The notes beneath the pieces are model-generated. The model made no database searches. It worked only from the letters and a program-made list of their open reading frames with translations, and had not been told where the DNA came from. Shown here piece after piece: positions 56,718-64,000 of a DNA stretch of 64,000 nt. How positions within the stretch are numbered: position 1 is the first letter of the stretch; each line of letters starts with the position of its first letter. The position numbers were made by a program, and so were the translations under genes. Location of the stretch: contig CAMVGD010000001.1 of the NCBI GenBank assembly GCA_947166925.1, positions 41,574-105,573 on the forward strand, read 5' to 3'. The DNA is from an uncultured Clostridia bacterium. GTDB lineage: Bacteria; Bacillota; Clostridia; Christensenellales; CAG-138.

Positions 56718-57523
56718 AAGCAATCTGTGTAGACGACGAGCCGCTTGCGGTCGAGTATACGGTGCGACAATGCGAGAGCCTGCCGGAGATCGACGAGATC
56801 CGGGGGTTTACGGATGCGCAGTCCGCGCTGGACTGGCTTTCGGCACATTCCGCAGACCTTGCCATCCTCGATATCAATATGCCGGGGATCGACGGCATTG
56901 CGCTTGCCGCGCGGATCAAGGAGATGCATCCGCAAACGGCGATCCTGTTTTTGACCGCATACAAGGAATACGCCCTTGACGCGTATGCGGTGCATCCGAC
57001 GGGCTATCTTCTGAAGCCGGTCTCTCTGGAGAAGCTTGCGGCGGAGGTGCGGTATCTCAATGCAGGGAAACGGTCCGAAGCGCCGGAACGGATCCGGATC
57101 AAGACCTTCGGATCCTTCGACGTGTTTGTGGAGGATCGGTTCGTCCATTTCAAGCTGGCAAAAAGCAAGGAGATTTTGGCGTATCTGGTGGACCGGCAGG
57201 GTTCCGGGGTCACGCGGGCGGAGCTCTTTGCCGCGATATGGGAGGATCGCCCGTACGACCGCGGCATGCAGAAGCAGCTTGACACGTACATCCGTTCGCT
57301 GCGGGATACCCTGCGCGAATACGGCGCGGAGGAGATCATGGAGATGAGCAAGGGGATCCTTCGCGTCAGACCGGAGACGTTCACCTGCGACGCATACCGG
57401 TTCCATGCGGGCGACAGCGAGGCGATCAACGCGTACCGCGGGGAATACATGAGCGCCTATTCCTGGGCGAGCATGACGGAAAGCATCCTGTCCGGAAAAG
57501 CGAATAAAACTGAGTCCAACTAA
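56714..57523 (+). CDS. Response regulator: REC domain plus SARP/OmpR-like winged-helix output
   Basis: GTG 56714 overlaps the kinase stop. ICVDDEP...DLAILDINMPGIDG...LTAY, then a wHTH pattern FGSFDVFVEDRFVHFKLAKSKEILAYLVDRQGSGVTRAELFAAIWED. Confidence 0.85.
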   Translation: MKAICVDDEPLAVEYTVRQCESLPEIDEIRGFTDAQSALDWLSAHSADLAILDINMPGIDGIALAARIKEMHPQTAILFLTAYKEYALDAYAVHPTGYLLKPVSLEKLAAEVRYLNAGKRSEAPERIRIKTFGSFDVFVEDRFVHFKLAKSKEILAYLVDRQGSGVTRAELFAAIWEDRPYDRGMQKQLDTYIRSLRDTLREYGAEEIMEMSKGILRVRPETFTCDAYRFHAGDSEAINAYRGEYMSAYSWASMTESILSGKANKTESN

Positions 57524-57532
57524 GAAAAGGAA

Positions 57533-57566
57533 GCCGCTTTTTTCAAATTTTTATGAGAAAAGCGGC
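57533..57566. terminator. Bidirectional hairpin terminator between convergent genes
   Basis: gccgctttt (57533-57541) pairs with aaaagcggc (57558-57566), with T/A runs on both sides. Confidence 0.6.
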
Positions 57567-57572
57567 CATTTC

Positions 57573-59000
57573 TTATTTCACACCGAGATAGCGGATGCAC
57601 AGCATGGTGATGTCGTCGAACTGCTCGGCGCCGTTCGCGTGCACATCGATTGCCGCCTTGACGTCGGTGAGGATCTCTTCCGGCGTTTTGTCTGCGGAGG
57701 CTTCGAGACAATCGGCAAGCCGCTGTTCGCCGAACAGCTCATGCGCATTGTTTTCGGCTTCGGTGATGCCGTCGGTATAGAGGAACAGCCGGTCGCCCTT
57801 CTTGAGCGTCATGGTCTGTTCGCGGTAGGGAATGCCTTCCATACCGGCGAGCACGAAGCCGCCGCGGCGTTTGATGAACTCCGGCGTTCCGTCCGAGATC
57901 AGCACGGGCGGGTTGTGCCCCGCGCAGACAAACGTGAGCGCGCCGCTCGAAAGATCGAGCACGCCGATCCATGCGGTCACGAACATCTGCGCCGTGTTGT
58001 TGCTGCAAAGGCTGTCGTTCGCGACGGTGATCGCTTCGGAAAGCGTGGGATAATCGCGCACACAGTTCTGGATGGTGGTCTTGGAGGTCGCCATAAAGAG
58101 CGCTGCGGGGATGCCCTTGCCGGAAACGTCCGCGACGACGAAGGCGAGCCGATCCTTATCCACAAAGAATACGTCGTAAAAGTCGCCGCCGACCTCTTTT
58201 GCGGCGTCCATAGAAGCGGCGACCCCGATCTCCGGTCTGCCGGGATAGGTTTCCGTAATGGGCGGCAGCAGCGAATGCTGAATGACGGTCGCGACTTCAA
58301 GCTCCGTCTTGAGGCGCGAGCGCTCGAGCGTGATCTCCCGCTGACGTTCGATATAATTGATCATGGTGATCATCAGCGTAAAGCCGACGGCGTTGACAAG
58401 GATGAAGGGCAGGGCGATCGCCTTGACGATGTCGAGCCCCGCATGGGGATTCTCGGGCGTCCGGACGATGAGAAAAACGAGCGAAAGATGAAAGATCTCC
58501 ATTAAGACGCCGGTCAGCAGCGCCCACCAGGGCTTTTTCAGCTTTTGATTGAATTTCCGTGCAAATATGCCGCACATGGTACCGATGCAGACCGTCGCAA
58601 TGATGCAGGCATAGGTAACGAGCATCGTGGCGGAATCCCATGTGCCGGGATCGGTGATCTGGTATCCCTTACCGGTATGGAGAAAGACGTAAAAGAATCG
58701 GTGCGCCCCGGCAATCACACCCGCGATCAGACCGCCGAGCGGTCCGCCGGTGAAGCCTGCAAGCATCGGTCCGACGTCTCGGACGGAAATGACCGCGCCG
58801 TTGAGCTGCAGACCGGACATGGTTCCGTAGATGCCGAATACGCCGCCCAAAAGACCGGCGAACAGCGAATACTTCCAGTTCGATTTCGAACCGGAAAATT
58901 TCATCATCAACTCGCTGCCGCCGATAAACGCGGCGATCACGAGGATCACGGCGAGCGTGCCGATCATGTTGGTGAAAAAAGCCGTCAGATTTCCGTCCAT
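57573..59000 (-). CDS. 5TM-LytS-type (5TMR-LYT-like) membrane sensor fused to a PP2C (SpoIIE-type) phosphatase
   Basis: N-terminal Gly-rich TM bundle (LFAGLLGGVFGIYG...GPMLAGFTGGPLGGLIAGVIAGAHRF), then AKEVGGDFYDVF...ADVSGKGIPAALFM...CAGHNPP...LYTDGITEA. There is no kinase domain. Confidence 0.85.
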   Translation of the reverse strand: MDGNLTAFFTNMIGTLAVILVIAAFIGGSELMMKFSGSKSNWKYSLFAGLLGGVFGIYGTMSGLQLNGAVISVRDVGPMLAGFTGGPLGGLIAGVIAGAHRFFYVFLHTGKGYQITDPGTWDSATMLVTYACIIATVCIGTMCGIFARKFNQKLKKPWWALLTGVLMEIFHLSLVFLIVRTPENPHAGLDIVKAIALPFILVNAVGFTLMITMINYIERQREITLERSRLKTELEVATVIQHSLLPPITETYPGRPEIGVAASMDAAKEVGGDFYDVFFVDKDRLAFVVADVSGKGIPAALFMATSKTTIQNCVRDYPTLSEAITVANDSLCSNNTAQMFVTAWIGVLDLSSGALTFVCAGHNPPVLISDGTPEFIKRRGGFVLAGMEGIPYREQTMTLKKGDRLFLYTDGITEAENNAHELFGEQRLADCLEASADKTPEEILTDVKAAIDVHANGAEQFDDITMLCIRYLGVK

Positions 59001-59118
59001 GGAACAACCTCCGCAGATCCCTGAAAGATGATTTTATTGTAACAGCTTTGCGGAAAGAGGTCAACACGGGAACGAAAAAGATCGATGATCCATCGAACAA
59101 TCCGCACGGAAATACGCA

Positions 59119-59167
59119 CCTGAAAATGGTGAAGAATATTGATTATCGATTTGTTTTCTGATAAAAT
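59119..59167 (+). promoter_or_regulatory. Promoter-like 49-nt repeat, copy 2
   Basis: TTGATT (59139-59144), a 17-nt spacer, then TAAAAT (59162-59167). Confidence 0.4.
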
Positions 59168-59225
59168 CAACTAAATATATGATACGTTTACGAGAATACA
59201 TTACGATCAACAGGATCCGCAAACC

Positions 59226-59456
59226 ATGAAACAGACAAAAGAAACGATTTCCAAACGCATTTTCAACAGTATGTTCAAAACCGGCACGCTGACGGCGTTT
59301 ACGCTGGTCGGCGCGGGCGGAGCTTTTCCGATTGCGGACAGCACAGGCCGCTTCTTCGTCGAACCGGACGGATGCGCGCCCGTTTATCTGGGAAAGGATC
59401 CGAAGCGGTCGACCGCAGAAGAGCTCGGCGGGCTGTGCTCGAGCCGTTATGCATAA
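59226..59456 (+). CDS. Hypothetical small protein (76 aa); weak call
   Basis: The ORF lies downstream of repeat copy 2. It has a poor RBS and no family I recognised. Confidence 0.3.
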   Translation: MKQTKETISKRIFNSMFKTGTLTAFTLVGAGGAFPIADSTGRFFVEPDGCAPVYLGKDPKRSTAEELGGLCSSRYA

Positions 59457-59621
59457 ATCGCCGTGCGCAAAGGAGCGAAGCCAAACGGCTTTGAGCGCAG
59501 GGCAAAGACTTTCTTTGGCGGCACCGCCCGTATTCCACCTGTTTCATGCGCGGGACTGCAATCCGTTTTTCGGCTGCCGCCGCGCAGTTTCTGTTTTGAA
59601 AACAAAAACAAGTTTCGTGTG

Positions 59622-59650
59622 TTGCAAAATTGCAAAGCATCGGTTATAAT
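59622..59650 (+). promoter_or_regulatory. Near-consensus sigma-A promoter
   Basis: TTGCAA (59622-59627), a 17-nt spacer, then TATAAT (59645-59650). Confidence 0.55.
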
Positions 59651-60004
59651 ACGATGCAGGGCCGAATGAGCCTGCGCCGCGTTCTTCAAGAGCGCGGAAA
59701 ATCAGAAAGGGAAGTCGACCGATGATCTTTACCGCATAGTGATCTGTACGTCATGCCGAACGGCATTGACGGCGTGCAGCCGGAATTTCAGACAAAGGAA
59801 CCAGAGCCGTGAAAACGTATCGTCCGCAGGGCGTGTTTTGTGATCGACGCGTGGTTTCCCTACCCGAAAAAGCTGCACACAGAACATTTTGCGACAAAGA
59901 GCATCGCCGAACCCGAAGGGTGTTTTGCTTCCGAATTGCGGAAGCGGAATACGCCGTCGTCTGATTGTGTGCAGGAGCATTCTGCTTTTTCATACAAATC
60001 GACC
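59651..60004 (+). promoter_or_regulatory. Candidate structured 5' leader / attenuator or small RNA (unclassified)
   Basis: About 350 nt with no credible ORF, lying between a strong promoter and an intrinsic terminator. It has multiple local hairpins (CCGCG-n11-CGCGG, ATGCC-GAAC-GGCAT, CTTCCG-AATTG-CGGAAG) and a 5-codon mini-ORF with an RBS at 59722-59739. Confidence 0.35.
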
Positions 60005-60038
60005 GCGGACCGGCAGCGCTTTGCCCGGTCCGCTTTTT
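60005..60038 (+). terminator. Rho-independent terminator 29 nt upstream of the next start codon
   Basis: GCGGACCGG (60005-60013) pairs with CCGGTCCGC (60025-60033), followed by TTTTT. Confidence 0.7.
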
Positions 60039-60066
60039 ATATGAATATTTACGTGGATAAAAGAGA

Positions 60067-61773
60067 ATGAACATGAAGGGATATGAATTAAAGAATAAAA
60101 ACCTGCATCTCGAAAAGATCAATGCAGATAACTTTCTCGCTCTGTACGATCTCGAGGTGAGCGAGGAACAGAAACAGTTCGTGGCGTCGAACCGCTTCAG
60201 CATGGCGGAGGCGTATGCGCGTCTGAGTAACGGTCAGTTCGTGCAGTGCTTCGGCATCATCGACGGAGATACGCCGGTCGGTTTTGCGATGATCGGACAT
60301 GACGTCGAAGAGGAGGGGAGCCCGGTGTCCGTCAACAAATGCTATCTTTTGTGGCGGTTCATGATCGGACAGCAGTATCAGAGACGCGGTTACGGCAGGG
60401 ACGCTCTGCATCTGCTGCTGGATTGGGTGCTGACGTTCCCGGACGGACCGTCCGAACGGTTTTCCACGACCTACGAACCGAACAACGAAGCCGCAAAGCA
60501 TCTGTATACGTCGTTCGGCTTTATTCCGACCGGGGAGAAGGACTGCGACGACGAGGAGGACGCCGAGGACGTCGCGGTGCTGCCCCTGACCGACAGAATT
60601 GCAAAAGAAATAAAAGAACAAAAGGAGAAGCTTATGGAACATACAATCTTTGACAACGCAACCAAAGAACTGACCGCGCAAAACGGTGCGGCAGCGCTCG
60701 GCTATGCCGATGAAAACATGTGGTTTTCCGAAAAGCCGGACTATGCGGCGTGTGTCAGGGAGCTTATCGAAACCGTGCGGGAGCAGGAGATCCGCGCGAG
60801 CATCCTGATCGCGACGGACGAGGACGTGATCTTTGCCTGCGGCGCGCGGTCGAAGGATCGGAACGGAGGAACGGTCACGCCGCTTTCGACGTTCGAGATC
60901 GGCTCGCTCACCAAGATGCACACCGCGGTGCTGATCTTCAAGCTGATCGAGGAGGGCAGGCTGGCGCTTACCGACAAGGTCACAAAGTTCTTCCCGGACT
61001 ATGCGAAAGCGGGCGAAATGACGGTCTTCGACCTACTGCACATGCGCTCGGGCATCGTCGATTTTGCCAACGACGCCGAAGTCTTTTTCGGAGACGAAGA
61101 AACGGTCGAAGCACTGGACCGCGGCGAGATCACCGACGAGATCTTTCTCGGGCGGCTGAAAGCGTGCGATCTCACGTTCAAGCCGGGCTCGAAGATGGAA
61201 TACAGCAACACGAACTACGTGCTGCTTGCCATGATCGTCGAACAACTCACGGGAAAGTCCTACAGGGAGAACGCGGAGGAGCGGATCTTCCGTCCGCTCG
61301 GCATGAAATGGTCCTCCGCGACAACGTTCGGCGACGTTACAAGCATGCCGGAGGGCGAGGAAGGCTACATGATGGAATACGAGATCGCGCGCGGCGCGGG
61401 CGACGTCCATGAAAACGCCGTCGATCTTTTGAAATTCGACCGTGCGTTCTTCAACGGACGGCTCGTAAATCGCGCGTCGATGGACGGCATTCTGGATTTC
61501 GTCGACGGCTATGGCTGCGGCTGGGAGAATTCTGAGAAGTATGATCTTGTCTGCCACGGCGGCGAGACCAATTCCTACTACTGCCTGAACTATGTGCTGC
61601 ATCCCGCGGGCAAGCGGACGTATTTCCTCATGCTGACCTGCTGCAATTCGGACGACGAGGAAGATGAGGACCGGGACGAGACCGCCGAAGCCGCAGATAA
61701 CGAAGCGAACGACGAAGCGGAATTCAACCAGTATCAGACGATCTTCGATATCGTCAAGAAGCATCTGTTATAA
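60067..61773 (+). CDS. Fusion of a GNAT N-acetyltransferase and a class-C beta-lactamase-fold serine hydrolase, with an acidic tail
   Basis: N-terminal GNAT motif A (IGQQYQRRGYGRDALHLLL...YTSFGF), an acidic linker, then the serine-hydrolase SxxK (FEIGSLTKMHT) and YSNTNY. The C-terminus is DDEEDEDRDETAEAADNEANDEAE. Confidence 0.8.
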   Translation: MNMKGYELKNKNLHLEKINADNFLALYDLEVSEEQKQFVASNRFSMAEAYARLSNGQFVQCFGIIDGDTPVGFAMIGHDVEEEGSPVSVNKCYLLWRFMIGQQYQRRGYGRDALHLLLDWVLTFPDGPSERFSTTYEPNNEAAKHLYTSFGFIPTGEKDCDDEEDAEDVAVLPLTDRIAKEIKEQKEKLMEHTIFDNATKELTAQNGAAALGYADENMWFSEKPDYAACVRELIETVREQEIRASILIATDEDVIFACGARSKDRNGGTVTPLSTFEIGSLTKMHTAVLIFKLIEEGRLALTDKVTKFFPDYAKAGEMTVFDLLHMRSGIVDFANDAEVFFGDEETVEALDRGEITDEIFLGRLKACDLTFKPGSKMEYSNTNYVLLAMIVEQLTGKSYRENAEERIFRPLGMKWSSATTFGDVTSMPEGEEGYMMEYEIARGAGDVHENAVDLLKFDRAFFNGRLVNRASMDGILDFVDGYGCGWENSEKYDLVCHGGETNSYYCLNYVLHPAGKRTYFLMLTCCNSDDEEDEDRDETAEAADNEANDEAEFNQYQTIFDIVKKHLL

Positions 61774-61806
61774 TCAAAAACAAGGATCATTACGGAGGAA
61801 AACAGT

Positions 61807-63192
61807 ATGGATCAGAAAACAACAATGGAAAACCTTGCCCGCGCGGCATACGAAAAGGGCGGCTTCAACGGCGTGTGGCTGTATGCGGAAAAGGGCGAGA
61901 TTATCAGCAAAGGCGCATTCGGCTGGGTCGATGCAGAAAGCACGCTGCCCATGCGGGAGGACAGCATCTTTGAAATGGCGTCCGTCACCAAGATGTTCAC
62001 GGCAACGGCGGTCATGCTGCTGGTTCGCGAAGGCAAGCTGGGGCTCGACGACGCATACACGAAGTATTTCCCGGATTACCCGTACGAGGGCGTTACGATC
62101 CGGCATCTTCTGACGCACACGAGCGGCATGCCCGATTTTGACGTGGAGGAACTGGTCGGACCGGTGCTTGACGAAGAAAACCGGATCCCGGCAAACAGCG
62201 AGATCATCGACCTGATCCTTAAGACCGGCGAGGACGCCGCCTGCGCGCCGGGCGAAACGTTCGAGTATACCGACGTCGGCTACATGCTGCTTGCCAACGC
62301 GGTGGAAAAGGTCTCCGGTATGAAGTTCGAGGACTTTATGAAAAAGAACGTGTTCGAGCCCGCCGGCATGAAGGATTCCGGGATCTACCATACCCGCCGT
62401 GACGGAAGCCCCTCCGACCGCTTTACCCGCAATATGGTTTTGGAGGACGGAAAACTCGTTCCCTCGGATCTCTCGGAACATACGAGGAGCTACGTGGTCG
62501 GCTCGGACGGCATGAACGGCTGCGACTATCTGTATACCACCGTATTCGATATGCTCGCCTGGGACAAAGCGCTGCGCGAAGAAACGGTGCTGACACGCGA
62601 GGAGCAGAACATCATGTACGCCCCGATGCCGCTCAACAACGGCGACATTGCCGGAGCAGATGAGGACAACGACGGCTATGGCTTCGGATGGTGTTTCAAA
62701 ACCGAACCGGAATCGGGGCTTATCGTTCGCCACGCGGGCGGTATGCCCGGGCTCGAAACGTGGTTCGAGCGTTTCGTTGACGCGGACAAAGTGCTCGTCA
62801 TTATGAACTGCCACGATGTTGAAGACGCCAGAGTGTTCGAGAGCTTCTGGGATGGCATGGAAGCGGTCGTAAGGGGTGAGGAGCCCGAGCCCGTCGTCTG
62901 CATCGAGGATCTGACGATCAAGGACCCCGACAAGTCGAAGTGGGAGAGCTTCTGCGGCAAATACGAGCATCCGGAGGACGAGGGGTTCGTGATCGACGAG
63001 GTGTTTGAAAAGGACGGAGAACTGTGGGCGAAAGCGATCATTGACGACGATGACTACTACGAGCAGGGAGATTTTTCGTTCCGTCTCTATCCGATCGGCG
63101 AAAACGAATTCGGCAGAAAGGGCGGCTTCCTGAAAGTGAAATTCGGCGACGGGCACTTGAAGTACGACGATTTCATTTGCAAAAAGCTGTAA
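61807..63192 (+). CDS. Class-C beta-lactamase-fold serine hydrolase
   Basis: FEMASVTKMFTA (SxxK) and YTDVGY (YxN-like), with a C-terminal extra domain. Confidence 0.85.
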   Translation: MDQKTTMENLARAAYEKGGFNGVWLYAEKGEIISKGAFGWVDAESTLPMREDSIFEMASVTKMFTATAVMLLVREGKLGLDDAYTKYFPDYPYEGVTIRHLLTHTSGMPDFDVEELVGPVLDEENRIPANSEIIDLILKTGEDAACAPGETFEYTDVGYMLLANAVEKVSGMKFEDFMKKNVFEPAGMKDSGIYHTRRDGSPSDRFTRNMVLEDGKLVPSDLSEHTRSYVVGSDGMNGCDYLYTTVFDMLAWDKALREETVLTREEQNIMYAPMPLNNGDIAGADEDNDGYGFGWCFKTEPESGLIVRHAGGMPGLETWFERFVDADKVLVIMNCHDVEDARVFESFWDGMEAVVRGEEPEPVVCIEDLTIKDPDKSKWESFCGKYEHPEDEGFVIDEVFEKDGELWAKAIIDDDDYYEQGDFSFRLYPIGENEFGRKGGFLKVKFGDGHLKYDDFICKKL

Positions 63193-63246
63193 GCGTACGA
63201 CAACAGGGCGGCGGAACTTCCCGCCGCCCGGAAAAGAGAAAACAGA

Positions 63247-64000
63247 ATGATGGGATACAAACATGTTGATCTGACGGAGGAAGACGCCGGATATATCGAA
63301 AAAAGTCAGAGAAAATGACGATCCTTTTGTCGTGCCGGAGGACGGCGCGCCGGAAAACGAGGATCTCGTTTTGAAGATCGAAGACGAAACCGGTACGAGC
63401 ATTGCCGGCTGCGTCGGAGGGTTTTATTCCTGAGGTCAGATGCAGATCGACGTCCTGCGGGTGGATGAGAGATACCGCTTCAGGGACCTGGGTTCCCGTC
63501 TCCTTCGCAAGGTCGAGCGGATCGCAAGGGAGAAGGGCTGCCGTGTCGTGACGCTCGGCACCGCGAGCTTCATGACAAGACCGTTCTATGAAAATCACGG
63601 CTGCACGGTGTTTACAACGCTGAAGAAAGCAAACGGCTACATCAGCTATTCCCCGGTCAAGTATCCGGACCGGGAGACGCCGATCTACGTGCCGACCGCC
63701 AACTGCGGTGCGCACTTTCGGCTCTCGTTTGGCAATGATGACGACGCAAAGGGGATCGTAAACGGCATCCACAGTTACAGCGAAGCCTACGAGCCGGAAT
63801 GCGAGAGCTTCTGGATCCGGCTCGATACGGCGGCGGGGGAGCGGTGCAGAGCCTTGCGTCCGCGCCGCGATAAAACGGCCGGAAGCGCCCGCGGAGAAAT
63901 CTCTCTCACAAAGGCGCGCGACACGAAAAAACTGCATTCGCATGCGAATCTGCACGAAAAACAGCATAATCCGCTTGATAATCAGTCTGTTTTGATATAT
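63247..64000 (+). pseudogene. GNAT-family acetyltransferase gene disrupted by a frameshift and an in-frame TGA; runs off the window
   Basis: Frame 1 gives MMGYKHVDLTEEDAGYIEKSQRK*. After the A6 run near 63302, a second frame gives VRENDDPFVVPEDG...IAGCVGGFYS-TGA(63431-63433)-GQMQIDVLRVDERYRFRDLGSRLLRKVERIAREKGC (GNAT motif A). That frame stays open to base 64000. Confidence 0.55.

Noticed and set aside
59651-60004. I tried to classify the leader as a known riboswitch. The cues were CTTCAAGAGCGCGG...AGGGAAGTC...GATGA (vaguely SAM-I-like), AAAGGGAAG (cobalamin-like) and GCGTGGTTTCCC (T-box-like).
   Set aside because: The key conserved cores are absent: GGTGGTACCGCG for the T-box, the GCCACTG B12 box, and the SAM-I GAGGGA...GGCCC pairing. 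It is reported only as an unclassified structured leader.

Overview
This is a 64-kb, gene-dense window of roughly 60% GC. Its protein repertoire looks like a gut Clostridia-type Firmicute; that taxonomic call is inference only, because no database search was possible. I found no rRNA, tRNA or CRISPR array by eye.

Order of content:
- 0-9.1 kb: an intact tnpV, a MarR plus two-ABC exporter unit, redox and detox genes, and several decayed mobile-element remnants.
- 9.4-13.1 kb: two tandem paralogs of an unusual zinc-ribbon plus double-VOC protein, with a divergent TetR regulator.
- 13.4-20.5 kb: an ordinary ROK / GH1 / CUT2-type sugar ABC operon.
- 20.9-22.3 kb: a lower-GC single-gene islet encoding an AlbA_2/Schlafen-like ATPase.
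- 22.6-24.7 kb: an ECF sigma factor with a PepSY anti-sigma factor.
- 24.7-26.5 kb: an IS1182-family insertion sequence.
- 26.7-38.7 kb: a MATE exporter divergent from a tightly coupled operon of Sfp-type PPTase, STAS protein, sensor-HAMP-PP2C-kinase fusion and a 2418-aa NRPS (C-A-T-C-A-T-R, predicted dipeptide-aldehyde type). A degraded tnpV follows it.
- 39.4-41.9 kb: three uncharacterised membrane or secreted proteins.
- 42.0-54.6 kb: a second, paralogous STAS plus PP2C-kinase pair heads an operon with a lipoprotein, a DUF3089-DUF218 fusion, a GAF-fused MacB-type ABC ATPase and two giant FtsX permeases that arose by tandem duplication.
- 54.8-59.2 kb: a GH3 remnant, a LytS-type kinase with a REC-wHTH regulator, and a third PP2C phosphatase, bracketed by a duplicated promoter-like repeat.
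- 59.6-64.0 kb: a promoter, a roughly 350-nt structured leader and a terminator upstream of a GNAT / serine-hydrolase fusion, then a second serine hydrolase and a broken GNAT gene.

The most interesting signal is that complete kinase/phosphatase/STAS partner-switching modules, with no cognate sigma factor, sit inside the NRPS operon and at the head of the envelope-transporter operon.

All homology calls are motif recognition by eye. Coordinates of promoters, domains, remnants and IS ends are approximate.
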